Of a stretch of DNA of 49,486 nt, positions 1-9,919 are shown piece by piece. The DNA lies in assembly GCA_039208735.1 (NCBI GenBank), contig JBCCQY010000054.1, positions 1 through 49,486 of the forward strand, written 5' to 3'. The stretch is from Myxococcota bacterium. GTDB lineage: Bacteria; Myxococcota_A; UBA796; GCA-2862545. The notes below the pieces were generated by a model. That model worked only from the letters and a program-made list of their open reading frames with translations, had not been told where the DNA came from and did no database searches. A program made the position numbers and the translations under genes. Position 1 is the first letter of the stretch, and every line of letters starts with the position of its first letter.

Positions 1-531
1 CTTCGCGCCTTCGTCGAGGCGGTCCTCGATTACACCGGCGCCGCCAAGGTGGACATCATCGGCCACTCGATGGGGGTGACGTTGATGCGAAAGGTCATTC
101 AAGGCGGAACCGCGACCGATGCGCTTGGGGGAGGCAGCTACACGCTCGGTGGGTCGCTCACGAATGACGTCGACACTTTCGTGGGGATTGCCGGCGCCAA
201 CCAAGGGCTCGTGAGTTGCTACCTCACCGGGGCCACGACCCCTACGTGCAGCGCGACCAATGGGCTGTACCCTGGCTACCTGTGGTGGGGTACGGGACCG
301 TACGGAGTGTCCGACATTCTGGTGGATCTCAACGCCGTTTCCGGAGATGAGGGCGATTACATCTACACCATCTGGTCCACTGGCGATGCCATCATCGGCT
401 ACGGGGGCCTCGTCTACGGTTCGTACACCTCCCGCATTCCCGGACAGGATGGAGAGGTTGTGTACAGCACCTACAGCCACTTCGATCTCCGAGATCTCAC
501 CACGGCTTGGCAGATCTCGCTCGTGCAGTGA
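1..531 (+). CDS. Lipase class 2 (EstA/LipA-like alpha/beta hydrolase), 5'-truncated by the window edge
   Basis: Frame is open from base 1 (LRAFVEAVLDYTGAAKVDIIGHSMG). It has the G-H-S-M-G nucleophile elbow, TIWSTGD and a C-terminal His (YSHFD). Confidence 0.85.
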   Translation, partial: LRAFVEAVLDYTGAAKVDIIGHSMGVTLMRKVIQGGTATDALGGGSYTLGGSLTNDVDTFVGIAGANQGLVSCYLTGATTPTCSATNGLYPGYLWWGTGPYGVSDILVDLNAVSGDEGDYIYTIWSTGDAIIGYGGLVYGSYTSRIPGQDGEVVYSTYSHFDLRDLTTAWQISLVQ

Positions 532-534
532 CGG

Positions 535-1137
535 TTAACTCGGGCGGCGTGGCACGCGGACGGGCCGCATCCACTCCGGTCGGAAGAGGACGGCAACCTG
601 GGAGGCGCCCAGCAGCAGTCCGATGAGCATGCAGACGATGGCGCCGGCAAACTGCGTGCTGAGGTTTCCGGCGCCTTCGCCAGGCGTCAGGGTCGCGAGT
701 TTGGGTCGCCAAGGAGCGTAATATACTCGCACAGCCTTCCCGAGGGGGTAGTCTGCACAGTCAAAAGCCTGGTACCCCTCGAGGCTAACGTTTCGACTTA
801 CGTACTTTTGGTCATCAACGTCATAGCGATACGTGAGTTCGTTGCGAAGCTGGTCGCGATTTGAGGGGGTGCTGACGCCTTCGCGACAGTCCATGACCTG
901 GCCGAGTGTATTGGGCCAATCGCGACTCCCAGCGGCGATACGGTACCGACCGAATACGAACATTGCCCAAACCATGCCGACGGCCAAGCACAACGTGGCG
1001 AACGCGAGTAGCCCTCGGGTTAGCGCATTCGACGCTTCGGGAGGGCGCGGAGGAGACGGAGGAGGCGGTCCCCCGGGCTGCTGGCCGATGGTGCGGACCA
1101 CGCGAGGACGGGGTTGGCGCGGGTCGTGTTGAGACAT
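535..1137 (-). CDS. DUF3592-family membrane protein
   Basis: TM helix, then WPxTxGxV...YRYDVDDQKY...YPLGKAVRVYYAPWRP, then a second TM helix. Confidence 0.75.
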   Translation of the reverse strand: MSQHDPRQPRPRVVRTIGQQPGGPPPPSPPRPPEASNALTRGLLAFATLCLAVGMVWAMFVFGRYRIAAGSRDWPNTLGQVMDCREGVSTPSNRDQLRNELTYRYDVDDQKYVSRNVSLEGYQAFDCADYPLGKAVRVYYAPWRPKLATLTPGEGAGNLSTQFAGAIVCMLIGLLLGASQVAVLFRPEWMRPVRVPRRPS

Positions 1138-1393
1138 CGAGCCCTCGAGGTGAAGCGCACGCGCGCAGACCGAACCCCCTAACGCATCTGGATAGCGCCC
1201 AAATCGGGGCCTCTACCGTCTCAGGACGCCAAAAGAACGATTCGGGAACGTCCGCGCCGGGTCACCTCCGAGGTACAGGCCGCCGTTGTGAGCCTTTGCC
1301 CCTGATCGATCCTTGGAGGAAGGCTCGCTCGCGCGAATTTGTGCCCCAGGTGTGCGGCTCCCTCGTTTCGCCGATGACAGAACGGAGGTCGTC

Positions 1394-3157
1394 ATGCCGC
1401 TTCGATGGCCGGCTCCCCAAGTTGGGCTCTTCGGGTTCGGCCTTGCCATGGGTTGTGGCCAGGTGAGCACGTGGAGTGACCCGCCACTTCGGCGCCTTAC
1501 TCCCACCGAATACAACCACACCATCCGTGACCTTTTTGGGTTCAGCATCGATGAGCCCTGGCCCGACGTTGAAGGCTTCGATGACAATGACGGTCAAGCC
1601 GCGTGGCCGTGGCGGTTTCCCGCCGACATTCCCATCCATGGTTTCGAAGGGATTGCGGAAGGACAGGTCGCATCGTCCTACCTCATCGAGCAATACCAGG
1701 CTGCGGCCGACCACTTCTCCCAGTTCGCCCTCGCCGCGCCTGCGTTCTGGACGTGCGAGGACCGCCCCGCCTGTGCCGAAGACAGCGTGGTGCGGTTTGC
1801 GCATCGCGCCTGGCGAAGGCCTCTGACCACCAATGAGCAAGCTCGAATCACTGCGTTCCACCAGACGGCGGTAGCCGAGCAGGGGGTGGACGATGGAACG
1901 CGTCTTGCTGTGATGGGCATCTTGCAGGCCCCGCAGTTCCTTTATCGGGTGGAGGATGCCGACTCGCGGGATGCGTTTGCCCTTGCGTCGAGGCTTTCGT
2001 ACCTTTTGTGGGACTCCATGCCCGACCCGGAGTTGTTTGAAGCTGCGGCGACCGGCAAGCTGCAGACGAAAGCCCACGTCACCAAACAGGTGCGCCGCAT
2101 GCTCGCGCATCCCAAGGCACGAACGGCGATCGTGGCATTCCATGAGCAGTGGCTCGGTATCGATGAGGTCTACTCGAACCGGGCGGCTCGGCAGGCTTAT
2201 GCGCCAGCCTACCTGCCCGAGATTGTGGGCGCCAGCCAGGGCGGCCTCGCCAACGAGAGCGTCGAGGAAGTGTGGTCGAGCTACCTCGTCGGGGCCCAGG
2301 CCGCGATGGTCCGGGAAGCCCAGCTGTTCCTTGAACGGACGGTCTTCGAAGGGCCGGGCACGCTCGGCACCTTACTCACCGACCATCATGGCTATGCGAC
2401 GCGGCTTCGGGGCCTCGGCGACAACGACACCTTCCGGCTTTACGGAGTAACGGCAGGGGATGCGCTTCCGCTCGAGGTGATTCATGAGAGCCTCGACGAC
2501 GGCAATCTGACCTACGACTTCACGTATGTGCCGGTGACCTTCCCGGTCGATCAGCGCAGCGGGGTGCTCACCCTGGGGGCCACCTTGGCGGCTCGAGCGC
2601 ATCCGGTTCATCCGGCTCCGGTGCTGCGAGGCGTGTTCGTTCTCGAGCGGCTGGCGTGCGAGAACATGGGCCAGCCACCCGATGGCGCAGCCCTGGAAGC
2701 TCCGCCCGATGCGGTGTCGGCTTCATCTACGAACCGCGAGCGGCTCGATGCCATCACCAATGCGGCTCCGTGTGCTTCCTGCCACGACCGGATCAATCCG
2801 CTTGGGTACGCGTTCGAAAACTACGATTCGCTTGGGGGATGGCGAGAGGTCGACAACGGTTCTGCCGTCGACGCATCTGGCGTGCTGCGTCTCACCGGTG
2901 AGCCCGAGGTGCCGTTCAACGATGCGGTTGAACTCGGTCGGGCATTGGCCAGGTCTGACCGGGTGCATGACTGCTACGCCGAGCAGTGGATGCGCTACGC
3001 CTTCGGAACCGACATCTCGAGTTCAGACCCCACGCTGCTTGAGGTGCAGCACCGCTTCAAGAACCGCCACAAGGGTCGGGTGCTCGACCTCATCGTAGAC
3101 ATCGCCACGAGCGATGCGTTTCGGAAGCCACCGGCCAGCGGGGAGGGCAACCCATGA
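1394..3157 (+). CDS. DUF1587/1595/1592/1588/1585 (planctomycete-type) c-type-haem lipoprotein
   Basis: Motifs LRRLTPTEYNHTIRDL, LQAPQFLYRVE, LASRLSYLLWDSMPD, PVLRGVFV, the haem motif CASCH and PLGYAFENYD. RBS GGAGG precedes the ATG at 1394. Confidence 0.9.
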   Translation: MPLRWPAPQVGLFGFGLAMGCGQVSTWSDPPLRRLTPTEYNHTIRDLFGFSIDEPWPDVEGFDDNDGQAAWPWRFPADIPIHGFEGIAEGQVASSYLIEQYQAAADHFSQFALAAPAFWTCEDRPACAEDSVVRFAHRAWRRPLTTNEQARITAFHQTAVAEQGVDDGTRLAVMGILQAPQFLYRVEDADSRDAFALASRLSYLLWDSMPDPELFEAAATGKLQTKAHVTKQVRRMLAHPKARTAIVAFHEQWLGIDEVYSNRAARQAYAPAYLPEIVGASQGGLANESVEEVWSSYLVGAQAAMVREAQLFLERTVFEGPGTLGTLLTDHHGYATRLRGLGDNDTFRLYGVTAGDALPLEVIHESLDDGNLTYDFTYVPVTFPVDQRSGVLTLGATLAARAHPVHPAPVLRGVFVLERLACENMGQPPDGAALEAPPDAVSASSTNRERLDAITNAAPCASCHDRINPLGYAFENYDSLGGWREVDNGSAVDASGVLRLTGEPEVPFNDAVELGRALARSDRVHDCYAEQWMRYAFGTDISSSDPTLLEVQHRFKNRHKGRVLDLIVDIATSDAFRKPPASGEGNP

Positions 3158-4521
3158 TTCTGGATCGACGACGTTTCCTCTCTGCTCTGGGACTGTCGGG
3201 GCTCGCCCTTGGACTCCCCCGCCCCTCCTGGGCGATGTCCAACGGCCCCATCCGACGCCTCCTCATCGTGTCGACGAGCCACGGAACGCCCTACGAGCAC
3301 TGGCAGATGGATCCAGAGGGCAAGGGCCCGGCTGGCTCCTGGAGCGCGGACCTGGTGCCCCTGGCCCCGGAGCGCTTCAGTCGCAGTCTGGCTCCCTTGT
3401 ACGACCAGCGGGCCCGCATGAACTGCTTTGACGGGCTTTCCCTGGCCACCGCCGAACTCGACATTCCCGGGTACCGCCATGAGAAAGGCTGGTTGCACGC
3501 GTGGACAGGCGCACTCGTCTACTTCACTGGTGCGGACTTGTTTTCGACCGGGCCCTCTCTCGACCAGATCGTGGCTCGGGCCATCGGCCGCCCCGATCGG
3601 TTGCCCAGCCTTGAGCTGACGATTGGTGATGGTCGGCCCGTGGCGCACGCGGGACGAGCCCAGCCGGTGCCGTTGGAGCGGGACCCCCAGAAGGCCTGGG
3701 ACCGGCTGTTTGGGCTGAGCACCACGGCGGACCCGCTGCGTCGAGCCCAGGGATCGGTGCTCGACTTTGCGCGCGCCGAGCAGGAGGCGTTGCGAGGGCG
3801 CTTGTCGAATGCGGATCGTAGCAAACTCGACACCCACTTCGAACTCGTGCGGCAGCTTGAGCAACGGCTGCAGGGGCTGTCCGAGGCCACCTGCAACACC
3901 ACGCCGGAACGGCTCCAGGCCGGCTTGGACGGGTACAACGCCACCTTCGACGCCTTTAGCGAGATCGTCGCGGCAGCGTTTTCGTGTGATTTGACGCGGG
4001 TGGCGACGATTTCCCTTGGCGACTTGCCGTCCCGCGATTTCGGGTGGGGCGACTACCTGTCCGGGGATGCGCACAACGACCTGGCTCACCGCATCTACGA
4101 TGATCCGCGGGCGGCATTGGGGATGAGCGACTACACCGCGCACCACGCGGCCCAGATGGCTCGATTGGTGCGGACGCTCGAAGCGATTCCTGACGAAGGC
4201 GGATCGCTTTTGGACCACACCTTGATCGTCTGGGGCAGTGAGTTGGCCGACGGCTGGCATTCGCTCGAGAAGTACTGCGTGACCTCGTTTGGCGGCAGCT
4301 GGGCGTGGCCGGTGGGGCGGTACTTCCACTGGCCTTGGCAGACGACGCCGATCCGCATGGAAGCCTATGGTGGACAGGTCAACGCGGGGCTGCCGCACCA
4401 GCACTTGCTCGTGTCGATCGCGCAGGCCATGGGCCTCGACGTCGACCAGGTGGGCCTTGGCGACATTCGAAACCGCGAAGGCACGTTCGTGGACCTCAAG
4501 GGACCGCTCAAGCTGGTGTGA
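3154..4521 (+). CDS. DUF1552-family protein with Tat signal
   Basis: Twin-arginine signal LDRRRFL, plus SLDQIVA, CDLTRVATI and SLLDHTLIVWGSELADG. ATGA overlap with the DUF1592 gene, its usual partner. Confidence 0.9.
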   Translation: MILDRRRFLSALGLSGLALGLPRPSWAMSNGPIRRLLIVSTSHGTPYEHWQMDPEGKGPAGSWSADLVPLAPERFSRSLAPLYDQRARMNCFDGLSLATAELDIPGYRHEKGWLHAWTGALVYFTGADLFSTGPSLDQIVARAIGRPDRLPSLELTIGDGRPVAHAGRAQPVPLERDPQKAWDRLFGLSTTADPLRRAQGSVLDFARAEQEALRGRLSNADRSKLDTHFELVRQLEQRLQGLSEATCNTTPERLQAGLDGYNATFDAFSEIVAAAFSCDLTRVATISLGDLPSRDFGWGDYLSGDAHNDLAHRIYDDPRAALGMSDYTAHHAAQMARLVRTLEAIPDEGGSLLDHTLIVWGSELADGWHSLEKYCVTSFGGSWAWPVGRYFHWPWQTTPIRMEAYGGQVNAGLPHQHLLVSIAQAMGLDVDQVGLGDIRNREGTFVDLKGPLKLV

Positions 4522-4529
4522 GGTCGGGT

Positions 4530-5414
4530 ATGGCAGGGGCGTTGGAGGATTCCTTGGCCCTTGCGTACCTGGCCGCCCGGAACACGCTTCCGGGGCCCGA
4601 GCGGCGTGACGATGCTTACGAACACGACTTGATGATGGGCACCTTGCGTCCCGCAGCTCAGGCCGCCGGGACGACCATCGAAGCGGTGGCCTGGGATGCG
4701 GACATCGACTTTGGGCGGTTTGACGCAGCGATTATTGGCACGACTTGGGATTACGCCGACCAGCTAGACCGCTTTGTCGAGCGCCTTGCGGCCATCACCC
4801 AGCAATGTGCCCTGTTCAATCCCCTATCCATGGTGAGTTGGAACCTTGACAAGCGCTACCTCCGCGACCTCGAGGCCCGCGGTGTCGCTTGCATTCCCAC
4901 ATTGTGGGTCGACCGAGCGGACGCCACGGTGATCGCGGAGGCGTTCGCGACGCTGGACTGTGACACCTTGGTAGCCAAGCGACAGGTGGGCGGCGGCGCA
5001 TTTGGTCAGGTGCGCCTTTTGCGAGGGGGACCGGTCCCCGAACTGCCGCATGCGATGATGCTGCAGCCCTATCTGCCGAGCATCGTCGAAGAGGGGGAAC
5101 TGTCCTTTGTTTTTGTGGAAGGGGCATTTTCCCATGCCCTGCGCAAGCGACCAAAGGCCGGCGACTACCGCATTCAGTCTTTGTACGGGGGCACCGAGGC
5201 GCCGCTGACGCCGGCGCCGGCCGACCTCGCGGTGGCCCAACGTGTGGTCGATGCGCTTGAGAATTGTCCCTTGTACGGTCGGGTGGACCTCATTCGGGGA
5301 CCCGAGGGCCGGCTCTGTCTCATGGAGCTTGAGCTGGTGGAGCCGTTCCTCTACCCCGTGCAGGGCCCCGAGCTTGGCAAACGACTCATCGAGGCGGCGT
5401 TGCGGCGACTGTAA
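4530..5414 (+). CDS. ATP-grasp (RimK/glutathione synthetase-like) ligase
   Basis: Motifs TWDY, WNLDKRYLRDL, GELSFVFVEG, GDYRIQ..YGG, YGRVDL and LMELELVEP. Start moved to ATG 4530 to avoid overlap with the upstream gene. Confidence 0.85.
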   Translation: MAGALEDSLALAYLAARNTLPGPERRDDAYEHDLMMGTLRPAAQAAGTTIEAVAWDADIDFGRFDAAIIGTTWDYADQLDRFVERLAAITQQCALFNPLSMVSWNLDKRYLRDLEARGVACIPTLWVDRADATVIAEAFATLDCDTLVAKRQVGGGAFGQVRLLRGGPVPELPHAMMLQPYLPSIVEEGELSFVFVEGAFSHALRKRPKAGDYRIQSLYGGTEAPLTPAPADLAVAQRVVDALENCPLYGRVDLIRGPEGRLCLMELELVEPFLYPVQGPELGKRLIEAALRRL

Positions 5415-5415
5415 G

Positions 5416-5760
5416 TCAGCTCTCGAGCTTGTCTACGATGAGGTCGATGAACCCCTGACGGTCGAATTCACGGTACTCGTGCGTGTCTTCGAACCATTGG
5501 GCAATGCTGTCTTTTTCGCCTTTGCGGGCGTGACTGGCCACCATAGGGCTCGATTGCAGGAGTTCGACGATGCGGCCTAAAACGCCTTCGGATGCGGAAT
5601 GTCCTGCTCCGTAGCGGGCGCGCAACCACGAGAGCAGCAGATACACCAAGGCAGGATCGGCCTCCTCGTACAGCGGTCGGGTGTCGGCGGTCGACAGGGT
5701 CGCGTTCTCGACAGCGTCGAGCATCCGCATGGCTACGCGTTTTTCGTGGTCGAAGGCCAT
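5416..5760 (-). CDS. Hypothetical helical protein (114 aa)
   Basis: Protein-like composition, fills the gap downstream of the kinase, RBS-like GGAG upstream. Confidence 0.7.
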   Translation of the reverse strand: MAFDHEKRVAMRMLDAVENATLSTADTRPLYEEADPALVYLLLSWLRARYGAGHSASEGVLGRIVELLQSSPMVASHARKGEKDSIAQWFEDTHEYREFDRQGFIDLIVDKLES

Positions 5761-5784
5761 CGTCGCTCCGGGGTATGCCGGGGC

Positions 5785-6903
5785 TTAATCCAGCCACACC
5801 CCGATGCCGAAGGCCAGCACCATCACGAGCACGATGAAGCCGAGCATCGCGATGGGAATGGTGTCGCGTGAGGGTGGCCCTTCAGGCGGGACGTCGGGTT
5901 CCGTCGGGGGTCCTCCCGGTACCAACGTACGGCTCGCCGCGAGTTCCCCGACCGCGGGTAAGGAGGGAGATACTGGTGGTTCATCGGCGGCCAGGGCGGC
6001 CAGACACGCTTCGAGACGACGGTGCAGCTCGGTTGCGTTCGGCACGCGGCGAGACCGGTCGCGGGCCATGCAGTCCTGGATCAGCCTCGCCACCGGCGCG
6101 GGAATGTTGGGATGATCACCGGATCTCGCCCGTTGGAGCACCGGAGGGTCGGTCTCGAGCTGCATGCGAAGGACGTCGCGGTCCGTGGCGCCTTCGAAGG
6201 GATGCTCGCCCGTGAGCAGAGCCAGCATCAGGGCGCCGAGGCCGTAAAGATCGGCGCGTCCGTCCAACGGCTGGTCTCGGATCTGCTCGGGCGCTGCGTA
6301 GTGCGCCGTTCCTTCGACAAACGACCCCGCCGAGGACGGATCGATCGATGCGTGGGGGTTGTTGGTGCGTCCGGTGGCTCGTGCAATCGTGGCAAGCCCG
6401 AAGTCCATGAGCTTTACGAAGGTGGGTGCTTCAGGCGTGGGGCACAGCATCACATTGGCCGGCTTGATGTCGCGGTGCACGATGCCAAGGCGATGGGCTT
6501 CGGCCAGGGCGCCGCAAAGCTGGCTTGCCACTTTCAGCGTGAACCGAGGCCCGCTCGGACCATCCTGCATCACGACGTCAAGCGGCTGACCGTGCAGCAG
6601 TTCCATCACGAGGTAGAAGCGTTCGTCCTCGAGGCCGAAGTCAAACACCCGCACGGAGTTGGGGTGGGCGAGGCTTGCCGCCAGGGCCGCTTCCACCTCG
6701 AAGCGTTCGCGATAGAACCTACGCGTTTCGGCGTCGGCGAGATCGTGTCGGAGGGTCTTGAGCGCCACGTCGCGCCCAAGTCCCAGCTGGCGTGCACGGT
6801 AGACCCGTCCCATCCCCCCGTCGCCGATGAGGTCGAGGATCTGGTACTTGTCTGAGACGACACTCCCCGTAGAGAGGGAGGGATCGCCGACCGGTCGAGC
6901 CAT
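5785..6903 (-). CDS. Membrane-anchored Hanks-type Ser/Thr protein kinase
   Basis: IGDGGMGRVY, VALK, HRDIKPAN, DFG, YAAPEQ and DLYGLG motifs, with a C-terminal TM helix. Confidence 0.95.
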   Translation of the reverse strand: MARPVGDPSLSTGSVVSDKYQILDLIGDGGMGRVYRARQLGLGRDVALKTLRHDLADAETRRFYRERFEVEAALAASLAHPNSVRVFDFGLEDERFYLVMELLHGQPLDVVMQDGPSGPRFTLKVASQLCGALAEAHRLGIVHRDIKPANVMLCPTPEAPTFVKLMDFGLATIARATGRTNNPHASIDPSSAGSFVEGTAHYAAPEQIRDQPLDGRADLYGLGALMLALLTGEHPFEGATDRDVLRMQLETDPPVLQRARSGDHPNIPAPVARLIQDCMARDRSRRVPNATELHRRLEACLAALAADEPPVSPSLPAVGELAASRTLVPGGPPTEPDVPPEGPPSRDTIPIAMLGFIVLVMVLAFGIGVWLD

Positions 6904-6953
6904 CGGGTCCTCCGAAGCCCCCCCCCTTAGGGCAAGATCGGTTCACATGCGAG

Positions 6954-7521
6954 TTACCTCCGGTATCGGCCGGATCGGGCGCCCCTGAGCTGCTCCCCGG
7001 CTTGCCACACTTGCCATTGCTGGGATTCCAACAGCGGGCCTATGACGGGAAAGCCAAGTTCCAATCGGGCTCGTCTTGCATCGGTGAGCCGACGATGAAA
7101 ATCCTGGAAAATCTGGACTTCGCCGTCCACCCAATAGGACGAACGCTCGTTGTCGGCGAAGTACGAATAGGTCTCACCTCGCACCAAGCGACACGCGGCG
7201 AGCGCCAATGCGATCCGCCGTAGCTCACACGGTCTTGCCCGCAGCACCAACTGGCCCTCTTCGCGTCGGAAGGTCTCGGTGTAAGCCCAGCGACCAGGCT
7301 CTTCGGAGGCATTGCGCAGTCCCCAAGAGTGGAGCCGAACCGTTCGGTCGGAGGGACCCAAGCGGTGACGGGTTCGCGCAAACGCACCAAGCGTGCGACG
7401 CGATAACGCCGTCAGGGCCTTCGGTACGATTGGTTGCGAAGCGCACGGTCGTGCCGGGGCGAAGCGTCAGGATGCGAAGCGACCGGCCCGCGAACCGTCG
7501 CACGCGAAGGTGCAACTTCAT
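6954..7521 (-). pseudogene. Probable frameshifted or internally deleted hypothetical gene
   Basis: The N-terminal piece MKLHLRVRRFAGRSLRILTLRPGTTVRFATNR (ATG 7521) is in a different frame from the protein-like C-terminal part (IVPKALTALSRR...DGEVQIFQDFHRRL...), which has no convincing start of its own. Junction near 7425-7435. Confidence 0.4.
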
Positions 7522-7668
7522 GCCGTGGCCGATCGTGTGGCGTTGTCGTTGGGTGCGAAGCACAGCCCCTCCTACGGAAAGGACCTTCGCAAGCAGGGTG
7601 CCAATGGAGGAAACTCGGTTTTCGGCGCCGATGGAGGTCCACTTCGCACCATGGTGGTGCGAATCGCA

Positions 7669-8424
7669 TCAGCGGAGGGTCCAGGGCTGGTCAGGGTACA
7701 CGCGAACCCAGTCCGGTAGAAGCTTGTCGAGCCCGTCGTAGGACGGCGCGAAGGCCACCATGGCGCGGTGCAAGGGGAAGGTCCACGATAGCCGGAGCAG
7801 GTGAATCCGGCGTCGGGCCTCTCGGCGGGGCACGCAGCCTACCGACTCCGACAGCACCCAGTCCCAGGCGACTTCTTCTTCTTCATACGATCGGGTGAGA
7901 TCGGTGGGCGCGGGGTGGCGAGGAGGCCAGGGTTCGGGCTCCCAGGATTCGACCCACTCGCCAGGCAGCTGGGGGTCGCCCCAGGGGCGTCGCTGGATTG
8001 GACGTGGGCAGTCCTCGTGCAGCGGCACCACCTGACCGAATCGGATGCGAGCCATCCGGATCACCTCGTCCAGCTGTACGTCTTGAATGCGCCAAGGGAG
8101 GCTGCAACTTCGTCGCTCGGCTTGTCGCGCATGGCCTTCCAACGACAGCCAATGCAATTCGCCAGGGGCAAAGTGGTCGGGGAAAGCCCGACTGCAGAAG
8201 TCCTCGAGGGCCAGCACGTCCTCAGGGGCGATCCAGACTTTCTCAAGTCCCATGAGACGAATCCGTTGGCGTTCGTAGCGCTCGAGGATGTCGTCGGCGG
8301 CCTCCCGCGTGCGGTAGGTGCGAGGGACGAGCAGGTAGGATTCGTGGCGAGCGAGGTTGGAGAGGGACTCGAAACCCGGAAAGGTGGGGGCGTAAATCCC
8401 GTAGCGGCTTGGAGAACTGCACAC
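7669..8424 (-). CDS. Hypothetical protein (251 aa)
   Basis: Longest ORF in the interval, with natural composition and no recognised motif. An 8-bp hairpin follows at 7643-7663. Confidence 0.6.
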   Translation of the reverse strand: MCSSPSRYGIYAPTFPGFESLSNLARHESYLLVPRTYRTREAADDILERYERQRIRLMGLEKVWIAPEDVLALEDFCSRAFPDHFAPGELHWLSLEGHARQAERRSCSLPWRIQDVQLDEVIRMARIRFGQVVPLHEDCPRPIQRRPWGDPQLPGEWVESWEPEPWPPRHPAPTDLTRSYEEEEVAWDWVLSESVGCVPRREARRRIHLLRLSWTFPLHRAMVAFAPSYDGLDKLLPDWVRVYPDQPWTLR

Positions 8425-8476
8425 CGATGAAGGCTACCACCCGGATGCCATAATGAGGCCGCGATCAGGGGGACTG

Positions 8477-8875
8477 ATGCATCAAAATCGTCTTTCGAAG
8501 AAGAGTTCGTCGTGGATGGTGGTGGCCTGTCTAGCCATGTTGGTGGGCGGTTGCGCCACGGTCCGAGCACCCCAAGCATCCCAACCCGCCAGCCCCGCGC
8601 CTGCGCCCGTGTCGACTGAGCCCGCCGGCGACGTCGATGAAGCACCGGACGTGCTGGTCTACCTGCCAAAAGGGAAACGGATCGAGATCAACGGCGAAGA
8701 TATGGATGAAACCAACGTGTTGGCCCGGCTCAAGGAGCTGCGAGGTGACGACGAAGAAGCTCGCCTGTCGATCGAGACCGCGCCGGGCGTGCCCAACGAG
8801 CGACTCGTGATGGTCGTCGATTGGGCGCAACAGGCGGGCTTCCGCAACCTGTCGACGTCGGTGCGCGAACTCTAA
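8477..8875 (+). CDS. ExbD/TolR periplasmic-domain lipoprotein
   Basis: Lipobox LVGGC, Pro-rich linker, then the ExbD-like domain IEINGE...LSIETAPGVPNERLVMVVDWAQQAGFRNLS. Confidence 0.7.
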   Translation: MHQNRLSKKSSSWMVVACLAMLVGGCATVRAPQASQPASPAPAPVSTEPAGDVDEAPDVLVYLPKGKRIEINGEDMDETNVLARLKELRGDDEEARLSIETAPGVPNERLVMVVDWAQQAGFRNLSTSVREL

Positions 8876-9156
8876 GCGGCCTCTTCTTCGAACTCGCTCA
8901 AGAGCTTGTTGGCCCGGGCCTTGGAGATTCGGTTGCGCAGCATCTGGGCCTCGTGGTTGTCACGCACCGTCTTCGCGAGCGTGAACGAGGACCCCACGGT
9001 GAAGAGCAGGCCCATCAAGAAGTAGCCCTTGACCCAGGGATCTACGGCGAGAAACCAGATGCCGCCTAGGGTCAGGGCGAACGAGACGAGAAACGAAACC
9101 CAGACCTGTATGTTCCAGGCCGCGGTATGGCGTTCGGGAAGATGTTCACGGGACAC
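8872..9156 (-). CDS. YiaA/YiaB two-helix inner membrane protein
   Basis: WVSFLVS...KGYFLMGLLFTVGSSFTLAKTVRD signature. Confidence 0.85.
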   Translation of the reverse strand: MSREHLPERHTAAWNIQVWVSFLVSFALTLGGIWFLAVDPWVKGYFLMGLLFTVGSSFTLAKTVRDNHEAQMLRNRISKARANKLLSEFEEEAA

Positions 9157-9244
9157 GGCTCACCTCTTCGGTGGGTCTCCCTGCTTTTCCCTCGTCGACG
9201 TGGACTGGCGACGTTCGCGTTGTGAATCCTCGATGAATTCGAGG

Positions 9245-9859
9245 CTACTCGCGCTGCGTGGCGCCTACCTGGATCGTTAAGGAGTCGAGCTGTGCGTTCT
9301 GGCGTGCTTGTACCATGGTCTGCCAGGCCGAAGCGGTTTCGTGGGCGAGGCCCGAGGGGGCGACGGAGACCGCCTGAAGCACGGCGTTGGGGGCATCGGG
9401 CAAGGCGACGGGGAAGGTCCGAGAGGTTGTCCAGAGGGCGGCGGCCGGAATGCCACCCTCGAGCGACCACCAGCGGTAGGCGAGCGATGGGTCGTCACAC
9501 CCTTCATTCCAGAGGAGCCAGGCGATGCAGGGGTCGTCCGAGCAATCCACTTCGATCAGATCGACGTTTTCGTGGGGCTCGGTTTGGGCGGCCAGATAGT
9601 CCTCGACACCCTCCGCGGTCCAGAGGGCTCGGGCGAGGTTCGGATCTGCGGCGATCAGCGGATCCGCGATGCCTTCGAGATCAAGTTCCTGAGTGCAGGT
9701 GGTGTCGGTAGGAAGGTTCAAGGGTGGGGGTTGGTACGGCACGACGCCATAGGCGAAGTCTGGCATTTCCAAGGGTTCATCTAGGACTTGTTGTCGATAC
9801 CACCCGGCCACCACGAATCCGATGGCCCCACTGATGATTGCAATGATTCCCAGCCGCAT
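9245..9859 (-). CDS. Hypothetical membrane-anchored or exported protein
   Basis: N-terminal hydrophobic helix and an acidic domain containing VDCSDDPCI. Confidence 0.7.
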   Translation of the reverse strand: MRLGIIAIISGAIGFVVAGWYRQQVLDEPLEMPDFAYGVVPYQPPPLNLPTDTTCTQELDLEGIADPLIAADPNLARALWTAEGVEDYLAAQTEPHENVDLIEVDCSDDPCIAWLLWNEGCDDPSLAYRWWSLEGGIPAAALWTTSRTFPVALPDAPNAVLQAVSVAPSGLAHETASAWQTMVQARQNAQLDSLTIQVGATQRE

Positions 9860-9919
9860 CGAAAAACCCCGTTCAGCAAGGTTACCGCAGGGGATTCGGT
9901 TGGGGGCACCCGTTCGCCG

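Noticed and set aside
2995..4404. 469-aa minus-strand ORF
   Set aside because: Antisense shadow of the DUF1552 gene. Long shadow ORFs are expected at high GC, and it has no motifs.
7643..7671. TGA followed by an 8-bp hairpin and a continued open frame (possible selenocysteine/SECIS readthrough)
   Set aside because: The loop on the coding strand (ACCAU) lacks the G typical of bacterial SECIS elements and there is no redox-enzyme context. A plain 3' hairpin is more likely.
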